This document shows, piece by piece, positions 1 to 9,746 of a stretch of 15,712 bases of DNA (positions within the stretch are counted from its first letter, which is position 1; each line of letters opens with the position of its first letter). The notes beneath the pieces are model-generated. The model was not told the origin of the DNA. It did no database searches and worked only from the letters and a program-made list of their open reading frames with translations. Position numbers and translations under genes: made by a program. Origin of the DNA: Tubiluchus corallicola (Eukaryota; Animalia; Priapulida); NCBI GenBank assembly GCA_030141605.1, contig JAQGDQ010002079.1, positions 1 through 15,712 on the forward strand. Reading direction: 5' to 3'.

Positions 1-52
1 GATGCTTGATGAAAGTGATGGCTTAAAAATTGACTAAGCCAAAATTTGAACT

Positions 53-151
53 TTTTATCTGTCTGTCTGTCTATCTGTTTCCACACCATTTCTCAGAGAT
101 CACTGATTCCAACCAAGCATGCGCAGCACGTGCGCTCTGAGTGTTCTAGTT
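53..151 (+). mobile_element. Probable internally deleted Helentron/HINE (DINE-1/pearl-like) non-autonomous element remnant
   Basis: Seen: (TCTG)n tract at ~57-78, short hairpin GCGCA-gcacg-TGCGC at 121-135, terminus ctctgagtgttCTAGTt at 135-151. Knowledge: a tetranucleotide tract plus 3' hairpin plus CTAGT end is the usual layout of these elements. The 5' boundary is uncertain. Confidence 0.45.
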
Positions 152-727
152 ATACAGTAAAAATTTGGTTGCCATAGTGTCCATGCTTACCTGTCAAGGG
201 TCCAAAAACTTGAGCTTTCAAAGTTAGTATTTCTTGCCTTCAAAACTAACTCAGGTAGAGAAAGTAATGTAGTTGAAACTCGCATAATCATTTAAACTAC
301 TAATCATTTAAAGTTATAATAAGATTGTAGAGCCAAGTTTGGAATTTTGCAATATAATGCCATCATTACTTCCAGGCGAGCTGCCCCAGCCATCGAACCA
401 CTATCAGCCAACCGGCTTGTACTCTAAAATTTCGACCTAGATCCAATCTTTTTATGTAGATCGTTTGCAAAAATAAAACCCACTTCAAATTCTGTTTTGA
501 CACTTAAATTTTATTGCTGCAATCTGCATTAACCGAAGTTTATCTTAAATATAATTTATATTTCAATTAATTATGAGCTTTTACTGGTGGTGTCTGTCAC
601 CTAATGGAAACCAATTTTGAGCAATCTATGTTATTTTTAACAATTTTTAACAATAATAATCACTTGTGCTTGAGTAACACAAGTTACATGGACCAGAAGG
701 TGCAAAGTATTTGTATGAAAAAGTATC

Positions 728-1234
<507 letters not shown>

Positions 1235-1235
1235 T

Positions 1236-1545
1236 ATCTTTTGCTTGCTTTTACGTTATTACGTTGTTTAAAGATTTTTTTCGTAATGCTATAGGAAGAG
1301 GAGACTCTTGGGGGGTAATCTTAGTACATGCCCAATCCAATGCAATCTATATATTTGGATTTGTTTACTCCAACGGTTCTTCTTCACTACATCATAGAGA
1401 CCATCATTGGATATTCTGACAGCCCATTTAATAATGATTTTTCTAATAATTTCTGATAAAGACGTCCATAGCTCAGCGTTGTATAAAAAATACTGGTTCA
1501 AAATAATAGATATAATACTCTAAATGTACTTTTAGCGATAGTGGG
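1236..1545 (-). mobile_element. Degenerate RTE-clade LINE fragment (region C-terminal to the reverse transcriptase core)
   Basis: Seen on the minus strand with frameshifts: FEPVF/LYNAELWT...IIRKIIIKWAVRISNDGLY...RWSKQIQIYRLHWIGHVLRLP/QESPLPIALRK.../RKSKQKI. Knowledge: LYxxExWT, RISNxxLY and RLxWxGHVLR are typical RTE ORF2 motifs. Boundaries are approximate. Confidence 0.82.
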
Positions 1546-2131
1546 AATCTGACTGAGTACGTGTTAAATTTTTCACTATTTTCATTTTCATGTTTTCACG
1601 TGTCCTTAGTAACCATAGCAACAAGACAACAAGGCTCACGTTCAGCCTGGGTTAAATTTTTGCTCGTCTTTTTTAGAAAAAGATGGATGAACATGACAGG
1701 TAAGTTAGATGAACATGATCGTCCCTGGTGTGTAAATTTTACACAGTAGCCATAATGCTGCTCCATACAAAATGCACAGAATCTGTTACAACTGTGAGGT
1801 CAACTCAGATTTAGCTAGTGATTATTCAATTAATTTTGTACGATGGTGCGCAAATTCATGACAACCGGTCAAATATAAAATCCAATTAATCAGGACTTCG
1901 ATTGTCTGGAAAATTACCGAAAGTATGCTACGTACATCAAAGAAACCTCTCTGATCACAACGTCTGAGTTACTTTTTCAATTTTAACAGCAATGAAAACT
2001 TTAAACGTCGGCACGAGATAACTTTTATTCAGTTGGCACTATTTTTTAAATAAAACAGTTAATATTTTAATTGTTTCACTGCTTTCCAGAGATCGAGACC
2101 CGTAGAATTTAATTTCGAACCATCCACTTAC

Positions 2132-2266
2132 CTGTTGCTAACGTCTCTAGTTTTATGTCTGTACGATAATTAACAATTTCAAATTGTGGAAGTTCCACAG
2201 TGTCGACGCCTTGCACAGCCGAGTGCTTCTTCCAGTCCATGTCCACATCTTTGGTTGTGTATCCAT
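2132..2266 (-). CDS. Lcch3: GABA-A receptor beta-like subunit, internal coding exon (end of loop B, loop F, start of loop C), 135 bp
   Basis: Seen: acceptor tgatgtag|ATGGATAC, strong donor ACAG|gtaagt at 2131; translation (Y)GYTTKDVDMDWKKHSAVQGVDTVELPQFEIVNYRTDIKLETLAT(G). The YGY, LPQF and LATG motifs are typical of GABA/Gly receptors. In frame with the previous exon. Confidence 0.95.
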
Positions 2267-2710
2267 CTACATCAAATGTAATGTATTTACTATTATCAAT
2301 AAGAACACGCATGTTGTTTAGTTCTTCCACTTTCTTAACTAGATGACGCCACGTTTTGTATGTACTGCAACTGCGTGAGCCGAGTTTATATTTCCAATAT
2401 CTGTGCCACCTGCAGTAATATTACGCAACTAATAAAAGTTATTGCACCTTTATAAAACGAATGATTGAGAAGACAGTATTAGCAGTCGTGTAAGTGGTTC
2501 TAAATTGAAAATTATTCACTTGCGCTATTTTGTGTTTTTAAAAGTCCTAAAAAAACGTAAAATTCTGGTAGCGACCAAAGTAGTTAAAAGTGAGTTACAA
2601 GCGAATAAAAGAGTTGCAGCCGACAGTATTTCATTATGTGTTAAGCTGTTTGGTAATTCTAGTTTAAATTGGCAGTCTTAGTTTAAATTTCACAAAAACT
2701 GTCATTCGTT

Positions 2711-3683
2711 CAGTGGCGGATCTACATTTTGAAGGCCTGGGAGTTTTTACTCTTGCGATGGCCTTTTCGAAACCAGCAAAAATCAGAAAAAACGAGGGCA
2801 AAACTTTGTTATCTTACATTATTTTTTATACATCCATGAGTTACTTAACGTATGAAGCGCATTTTTACAAGATACTCTCTTCTGCTTTTTTCTAGAAGCT
2901 TTTACATAAAGATTCGTCTTAAACTTTTATATCACTTACATATTGCCATTTTGCATGTGTGGCTTGCGTTGGCAGTGACGTGTATGAGACTTGTAAAGTC
3001 CCGCGAAGACCGTTAGGTGAAGTAAATTTTAATGATAGGTCGTTTGAAACTAGTTTAGATAACATTGCGTGAAGTTTGAAAAAATAATCAGAACATTCGT
3101 AACACACATGTTACTAACTGTAAATAAAATTTTAAATTACTGTATCTTGTCAATAAGATTAAAATATTCGTTTTTTGGTTAGAGAGTGGCGCACCCTGGA
3201 GGGCGAGCCAGCGACAATTTGCTAATTGGCACGAACATTTTAAATTATTATTTCTGGTTACATAAGTCCTTCCGGCAGGCGAGCGAAATGCTACGTAATA
3301 TAGATTTGATTCACGTTGCTCGTGTATGACGTCATGTAATGACGCGGTCAGAACAGTTTTGCGGGAGATTTAAAATGAAAACAAACAAAAAATCCTTTCA
3401 ACGCGAGTACGATATACGCATGAAATTCGTACGATATACGCATAAATTTTCTGAACCCTATTTCAGGTTCTCCTTTTCTTGTCCTTTAAGAGTAGTTTTG
3501 TCATGTGACAGCTTCCTTGTAATGTCATTTTAAGAAACAATTTAAAATAAAAACTTTAAAAAGTTAGGGCTATTTAGTCATTCTTTTTTATAGTCATTAA
3601 AACCCATTGGATTTGTGGCCCTGAAGTAAGTAAGCTAAACCCCTGAGGTAAGCTTCATTTGTTTCAATGTAGATCCTCCACTG
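2711..3683. mobile_element. hAT (Tip100-like) non-autonomous DNA transposon/MITE, 973 bp
   Basis: Seen: TIR CAGTGGCGGATCTACATT (2711-2728) versus AATGTAGATCCTCCACTG (3666-3683), 17/18 match; flanking 8-mers CATTCGTT (2703-2710) and TATGCGTT (3684-3691), 6/8 match, consistent with a decayed 8-bp TSD. No transposase ORF. Confidence 0.82.
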
Positions 3684-3722
3684 TATGCGTTTCATACTGA
3701 ATTATTTCTATTTTATACATAC

Positions 3723-3805
3723 AGCTTTCTATCTCAACTGTACAAGTTTGTACATCTAGTGGATAATCGTGAAGATCCATCATACACGCTAGTGTGGTCG
3801 TAAAC
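3723..3805 (-). CDS. Lcch3: GABA-A receptor beta-like subunit, Cys-loop exon, 83 bp
   Basis: Seen: acceptor ttttacag|GTTTACG, donor AGCT|gtatgt; translation (R)[27 protein letters not shown](Y) containing the C-x13-C Cys-loop. Phase 2 in and phase 1 out join both neighbouring exons in frame. The 83 bp length matches the conserved Cys-loop exon of GABA-A receptor genes. Too short to appear in the ORF track. Confidence 0.97.
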
Positions 3806-4067
3806 CTGTAAAAATGTTTGTTTTAGTTATTTTGGTCTATTGGTCGAGCACGTCATACAGCTTGCAAAAAAACCTCTGGCTAAGTAAAAAGGTTTAGATT
3901 AATCACAGAAGCACACTTTAGTGAACTAGTGATTGTGATGATAACGGTCGGCCAGGTTATCTTCAAAAATTACTTTGATATTCAAGTGGAACGCTTTTAA
4001 TTTAATTTTATGACCTGCAAAAAGTTTCTCCTTACCTCATTCTGATCCCAGTGTAAAAATCAAAGAC

Positions 4068-4356
4068 CAATCTAACACTCAACCCCATCCAACAACAATC
4101 TAACCCTACTCAACCCCATCCTAAACTGAACCAATCCAGGGATAATCCAACACTACTCAACCCAATCCTAAACTGACGCAATCCAACATTATTCAACCCA
4201 GTCATAAACACGCCCAATCCAAGAACAATCCAACACTACTCAATCCAAACCTAAATTAACCCACTGAAGTTCCAGGCGAACCCATCCTAATCCAACTAAT
4301 TCAACCAACCTTTCCTATCTTTATCAAAGTCCTACTCTACCCAGAACCTAACCTAA
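4068..4356. repeat. Degenerate C/A-rich tandem repeat built from AATCC/AACCC/AACCT pentamers, with recurring AATCCAACACTACTCAACCC
   Basis: The motif recurs at about 4069, 4097, 4144, 4180, 4227 and 4289; strong strand asymmetry (very few G on the + strand). Confidence 0.8.
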
Positions 4357-4357
4357 C

Positions 4358-4651
4358 GGCGAGTTCAGACTAGCGAGTTTTTCTCGCCAAGTTAACTCGT
4401 AAAGTAACTCACAAGCGTGTTCAGACTAGACAGTAAAACTTGCTGTGAGTTACTTGACGACAGTAAGCGTGAGTTCACTGCAAGAAATTCGAGGCATTCA
4501 CACTAGACAGTAACTGGTAAGGAAATCAACTAGCTTCAACTTTCGGAGACTTTGCAATAACTTGCTGACAGTAACTCGCAAACCAGTTCACACTAGCGAG
4601 TTTGCTGTCAGAGAAAAAACTCGCGTCTGAAACGCACCATCTGAACGCGCC
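4358..4651. mobile_element. PIF/Harbinger-like MITE, ~295 bp
   Basis: Seen: the left end GGCGAGTTCAGACTAGCGAGTTTTTCTC pairs with the right end GAGAAAAAACTCGC-GTCTGAAACGCACC/CTGAACGCGCC (terminal motif duplicated); four internal TTCA(G/C)ACTAG repeats; flanks TAA and TGA. Knowledge: GGnnnGTTCA(C/G)AC termini and a TWA-type target are Harbinger-like. The superfamily call is inferred. Confidence 0.65.
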
Positions 4652-4688
4652 ATGATGCAGCCTGATCTACAATTAAAGAGTCACTTGC

Positions 4689-4915
4689 CTCATTCCATAT
4701 TCTATCGTTCCGTCTCCATACAGTCGAATCATTTTGTTCTTTTCTGTGACGTCATGCAGAAAACTGTTTTTATCATTTGCAAAGAAAGTGTCTGGCACCC
4801 AGATCTTTTCTGCAAAGTCACCAGGTAGAGTAACCAGTTTAGACGTATTCGATGCATCAAATGCTAGTCGCTTGTCCTGCCAGTACTGGTTCAGGTATAG
4901 CGTCAAGGTATAATC
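4689..4915 (-). CDS. Lcch3: GABA-A receptor beta-like (LCCH3-type) Cys-loop ligand-gated chloride channel subunit, internal coding exon (loops D, A, E), 227 bp
   Basis: Seen: acceptor ttttttctag|GATTAT at 4916/4915; translation DYTLTLYLNQYWQDKRLAF...GDFAEKIWVPDTFFANDKNSFLHDVTEKNKMIRLYGDGTIEYGM(R); ends in phase 2 at AG|gcaagt (GC donor, 4688). Knowledge: FAEKIWVPDTFFANDKNSFLHDVT is characteristic of Drosophila LCCH3 and invertebrate GABA-beta subunits. Orthology is inferred from recalled motifs. Confidence 0.96.
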
Positions 4916-6261
4916 CTAGAAAAAACGTATAATTTTAGAAAAAGTGTAATCCTGTAAAAAGGCCTATAACCAAATTTAGGCCCGCCATCACGTATCTAAG
5001 TTTTCATAAGGGACACGCTATTCCTAAGTTTGGTTAACTTTTGAAAATCACGCTAAAGTTAGATAATCGCTGTTTTTATCATATCGAATGAAAATTTTCA
5101 AATAAAATTGGTCATAAATGACATGTACAGCACTGTTATATTATATTTGTGAATTTAAGTAGAGCTGCACAAGGCAAAAACGTCTAAGGGCGCTGACATG
5201 CATCCGAATTTTGTCATATAGTAAAACTGACTAGGACATAATCGCCTGTCATAATAAGTTGTTTATTAACTCCTGCAGGACCGTAAACTGCAAGGGATTT
5301 TTCTGCAAAATTATTTATGAAATGCATTTGCTTATCTTGGATAACTTAAAAATCGATTATTGACGAAGAAATTGAAAAAAAGTTTTCAGTAACTGCGCTG
5401 TTTGCACTGTAACAATGTACAACATCACTTGTGTAAAATCGATTAAAAACAGGAAATTTTTAACTATCCAGAACCAGCACTTGATAGACTTTAACCTCTA
5501 GTACTCTATTTTCAAGGAGTAATTCCTGGTAAAAGATGAAATGACCTTAATTTTTCCTTGATTTTGAAATCTGAAACTTTGAGTGAAACGAACTGAAGAA
5601 CTTGGGTGTAACTGCCTTAATATGAGAAATTTTCCTCATGACAAAGGAGTTGTAGCATTTGCTAGTGCTGTTATTCCATTTTTGAGATATCAATCTTACC
5701 ATTAATTTATAATTTTGCTAATTACTCGCTTAGCTAGGGCTAATAAGCCTTTACTGTTCAATACTGTTCAGCCTTTTTTAATACGAAGCTAGAGCACAAT
5801 AAATGTTTATTACCGTCTAGCGTCGTCTGAAATCCTTAATTAATTAAAAATTTATAGCTTTTGCGACTTGGTTACAGACAATTACTTTGACATCGAAGAA
5901 ACAAATTTCGCCAGTGAAAGACTAACGGTGGCGGCACCTATATTAGTTGAAGAAGCCAAGTGAAAGAGAAGTCGTCAAACAGGCACACCTGGTTTTCTGA
6001 ATTTTTAGCTTTCTCCGGTCGTGATAAGTGTAATAGTTTATGAGATTTCCACAGTAAAGATTGTAGAATATGGTACAATAAGTCTTTTCACAGTTTCAGC
6101 GATTGATGATGATTGTGAAGAGGTCAAAGGTTAAGTGTACGAGGCAACCTATTTGTGTACACTTGACAACGCCTCACAGCACATGCTATTGTACAAGATA
6201 TGATCTGAAACGTAAATCATATCGATCCACCTATTATAACTTCCATCAGAAGTTACTAACA

Positions 6262-6264
6262 GTA

Positions 6265-6296
<32 letters not shown>

Positions 6297-6328
6297 TGTG
6301 TGTGTGTGTGTGTGCGTATATATATATA
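6262..6328. repeat. Compound microsatellite (GT)n(GCGT)n(GT)n(TA)n; 67 bp of uninterrupted purine-pyrimidine alternation
   Basis: Directly visible. Confidence 0.97.
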
Positions 6329-6329
6329 A

Positions 6330-6800
6330 TGTACTTTATGTAAGAATGGGAACACGGAAAATGAATTTCACTTTAGTATGCAATGTGAAATAGTATGCAA
6401 TGCAATGTTTATTGTCAAGTTGTCAAGAAAGGACTGCGTTCTTAAATCAAATATCAGATATTTTTCCGGATTTCCCATCCCTGTGTGATATTGATAAGTT
6501 TGCGTTTTTAAACAAAAGTGAAGATGTAGATGTTAAGAAATTGTTGATTGCTACGTGCATAAAATTTCAATTGTACGAGATTCTAAATTAAGAGGTATGA
6601 ATTAACTTTGCTGAGAATATATATATGTGATATATATATGTAGATGTGTTTGTTATAAATTATGGTATGTTTTTATGAACTACGCTTAAATAGATCTCTC
6701 TATTTGTAGGGACGTGTTCCTGTATGTGTTGTTTATGTAAGTGTTGATTTGTTAAATGTACTTGTGTTTATGTTTGTAAAATAAAGCGTTTATTATCATA
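6330..6800 (+). mobile_element. 5'-truncated non-LTR retrotransposon 3' end (RTE-X-like, possibly CR1/L2 group): C-terminal Cys/His motif and 3' UTR
   Basis: Seen: from 6330 CTLCKNGNTENEFHFSMQC, then after a small duplication/frameshift ERTAFLNQISDIFPDFPSLCDIDKFAFLNKSED; a T/G-rich 3' UTR ends in AATAAA (6780-6785) plus gcgtTTATTAT. Knowledge: CxxC...EDExHFLxxC followed by F..L...KF.FL is a common LINE ORF2 C-terminus. The clade is uncertain. Confidence 0.75.
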
Positions 6801-7402
6801 TAGCAAAAAATTGATTAAAGTGAAATTTAATGTGAAATTAGCGATGATAAAAAATTATACACATCTTATTTGTTCGTTGAGTAGGGTGAACTGTTTCCGT
6901 TGAAACGCGTCGAAAGATATTGTGACAAATTCTGTACGGAAGCCATACTAACGCCTTCATTTTCACTTTTATTTTTGTTTATTTTTACTGATGTAAATTC
7001 AGTATTGTATGTATAGATGTTTTTATGGCAATAAACGTAACTTGAACTACATTAAAGACGGTCTCCTTTTGCAAAGAGAGAGAGAATATGATAAACATTG
7101 GGCATAAACATCCTGTAAACAGACTTTTTCATAGAATAAACAGCAGAATTTGTTATCACAGATTTTAGTGGTATACATAATGCTTGCAAGATTTGTAGGA
7201 CATTCCTTAGAAGATTCCCGCTATTGCTACTTCCTCAAAGAGAAAGAAAAGCTCCAATACGCAAACAATCCACTCATCCGTTAATGCAGTAAATGCTGAG
7301 AATTTAGGACGTCATACAGACTTTTTGTCGGTTTATCGTTGTGTGCAAACTCGATCGCGAAGCAAATTCACAAAAATAGTCGCAAAAACGACGACAATGA
7401 AG

Positions 7403-7529
7403 CCATGCAGGTCGTTCAAAAATTTAAAATTTTTCGGTCGTCCACCATGACAGGTCGCTCAAAAATTTCAAACTTCTCGCTCGTCTACCATGACAGGTCG
7501 CTCAAAAATTTCAAACTTCTCGCTCGTCC
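7403..7529. repeat. Tandem repeat, 43-bp unit x3 (CCATGACAGGTCGCTCAAAAATTTCAAACTTCTCGCTCGTCTA)
   Basis: Copies start at 7403, 7445 and 7488; copies 2 and 3 are nearly identical and copy 1 is diverged. Confidence 0.93.
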
Positions 7530-7683
7530 GATCAACTTTTTATCTTTTTTACCGCCCGGGTTGCTCAGTTGCTTACACATTTTACACTGAAGTATTTCAT
7601 TGTTAATTTCGAAACGCATTCTTTCATTAGCAGTTTTTTATTTATTGTTTATTCGTACATTTATTATTTATTCGTACAAGAAA

Positions 7684-7845
7684 TACATTAATACAACACA
7701 GTCTCACACAGTACATTATACATTGTAAATATGTAACAAATTATATTTGTAAATATTCGTACCTAAAAAAGTACATTAATACAACACAGTTAATTGTATT
7801 AGTTACAATTACACTGTGTTACTGCGTTGTATTAATGTACTGTGT
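7684..7845. repeat. AT-rich fold-back (inverted repeat) with an extra direct copy of one arm
   Basis: GTACATTAATACAACACAGT (7771-7790) versus ACTGCGTTGTATTAATGTAC (7821-7840), 19/20 complementary; inner stem TAATTGTA (7791-7798)/TACAATTA (7804-7811); direct copy of the arm at 7684-7702. Confidence 0.8.
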
Positions 7846-7981
7846 TTACAAATGTGATACAACAGAAAAAACAAAACAATAAAGAGACAGAAATGACATT
7901 TATTAATTTTAAAATTGTTCTTAAAATGCTATAAAATATATGTAATTGATCCTCCATAATAAATGTTAAGGTTTCGTTTAA

Positions 7982-8607
7982 AGCAAAACCGGACCCAATG
8001 TTGAACTGTAGGTCAAAACAATCTACTCTTTAAAATATCGGCTCAAAAATGTTTCTTTGAAAAGAAATATACTACGGAAATACTTACGTGAAAGAATTAT
8101 TGCCACACAAACACGATTTCACGTTCGCGCCACTAGTTCTTCCCTGTTACATGAGCATTTCGCCATTCGCTAGTTAGACGGGCACTAGCGCCTGCATTTC
8201 ACAAATGCATTGCACAAAAACAGGTGCTGTAACTCTCAGTTCAGGTGTGTTAGTTTGTGAGTTCACATGTTCGACAGCTCATGCATGAGCACAGCGGTAA
8301 ATTTAAAATTTGAATTTTTATGTTAAAACTTGCCTAGTTTTAGTACAACACACTGAATATCTTACAGTAGCATTGTACTTCAATTTTCGTTTTCGCAAAC
8401 ACGTGCAACATGCTCGTGGAATGTTTTTGCTGTTGAAATTATGTTAGTTTGTGATGTCATCAATAGTTGGACTCGAACGCCGTTAATTAAGTTTTTAATC
8501 TATTATTTGGTATCAAAAACGCTTTTACAGTATTAATTGTGTTAAAATGTATACGTTTTATCGGACTTGAAAATAGGATAGTATATGAAAAATCATCCCG
8601 TCTTCCT
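7982..8607 (-). mobile_element. Kolobok/T2-type MITE, copy 1 (626 bp, inverted relative to copies 2 and 3)
   Basis: Seen: TTAA at 7978-7981 and 8608-8611; ends AGCAAAACCGG...CCCGTCTTCCT; reverse-complement homology along its length to 10656-11270 and 13671-14295 (e.g. GAAGAACTAGTGGCGCGAACG). Knowledge: TTAA TSD with AGG...CCT termini (TTAAAGGRR) is characteristic of Kolobok/T2 elements. Confidence 0.88.
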
Positions 8608-8964
8608 TTAATTCAGTCAAAGTTACAAGAAGGTGTATATTAGTTTTGAGGCTGTTTGAACCGCTGAGAGAATGAAAAATGTTATCATTCATTAGAAATT
8701 TGATTTTACAATTTTATTATGATACTGCAAATGTCTACAATTAGACCAATAAAGATAAAAGTGTGAATTGGAATGATTCACTACTGGCAGAATACGCCTA
8801 ATAAATTTGAAAATAAATGGCAAAATTCAAAACACAGTGCAAATCAGAAATCATAAAAAAAGAGGTATGTCGGCACCTTTCATAGCTTGAGAGCATAAAT
8901 TAAAATGATAACGTTAAACTTTAATTGTTACAACTAATCAACGACAGCTACTGCTCAATGAAGC

Positions 8965-9746
8965 CATTGTCGGTTTAAAGCATGGTCTGCAGCCCAGGAG
9001 CCTCCGCTAGCCGAGGGCCTCCAGTGATTAAGTGAAATTAATTTTCTGTGAAAAGTTACTACAGAATGAGAGTAGCAGTATGCTGAATTATCTCTTCAAA
9101 AAGGAGTCAATTAATTAAAACACTGTATAATAATACACTGGAATTGTTTTCTTGTCCATTATTCCAACTCATTGTTAAAAAGCTAATATTTTCTTATTTC
9201 CAATGCTGTGCTATTATGTGTTTATGGCGGTCAAACATTGCAGTTACAATTATAATTTCGAAAAGACCATAACACTACTATTGAAGATAAATGTTTCTAG
9301 TTATAGCTAAACAGTTAAAATTACATTTAACAACAAAGTACGCAATACTGAAATTAAAGAGAAATGTCTCTAGTTACAGTATAAATACGTAGATTTTTAG
9401 TAGCTTTAAAGAGTCCATAGGTGAACAAAAGTTAATTAGTGCTAGTAAAACAGTATATTTTATGATATACGTTAAAATACCAGCAATTTATTTATTGTAA
9501 TTTGAACGTATTATATTTAATATTTTAAAAACTTATTTTAATTTAGTAAATATCAGAATATCTCTTTTCTTTTCGTTGAGTTAGACTTGCACTTATTTAT
9601 GTGGGTCCAATGTTGGCATTATGTTGAAGAAGTTGAATAAACTGATTTGAAAATCCAACATTCATGCTTTTGTTAGTTGTCAACTGGGGACTCGGGCTTC
9701 ACAGTATCTATGGCTCAGGGGCCTACAAAATCAAAATCCTGCCCCG
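8965..9746. mobile_element. Old, degraded hAT (Tip100-like) MITE, ~780 bp
   Basis: Seen: right end AAATCCTGCCCCG and left end CATTGTCGGTTT, both degenerate versions of CAGGGCCGGATTT; GC-rich subterminal GGGCCT/GAGCCT boxes at both ends around an AT-rich core; flanks AATGAAGC (8957-8964) and CATGAAAC (9747-9754), 6/8 match. The TIRs are poorly conserved. Confidence 0.45.

Larger units (their letters stand above)
3806..4688 (-). other. Non-canonical GC-AG intron (883 bp) of the GABA receptor gene
   Basis: Seen: ATG AG|GCAAGT ... TTTTACAG|G TTT regenerates the conserved YGMRFTTT. The nearest GT (4684) would shift the frame. Confidence 0.9.

Noticed and set aside
186-300. Donor-like CAG|GTAAG at ~190 on the minus strand as the TM1 exon
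   Set aside because: No frame encodes the expected YxRLSLxFxLxRNIGYF...; the next exon probably lies left of position 1.
5266-6033. Possible piggyBac-like MITE (TTAACTCCTGCAGGACCG ... CGGTCGTGATAAGTGTAA)
   Set aside because: The putative TIRs match poorly, the right TTAA is incomplete, and there is no second copy in the window; it cannot be supported without a genome search.
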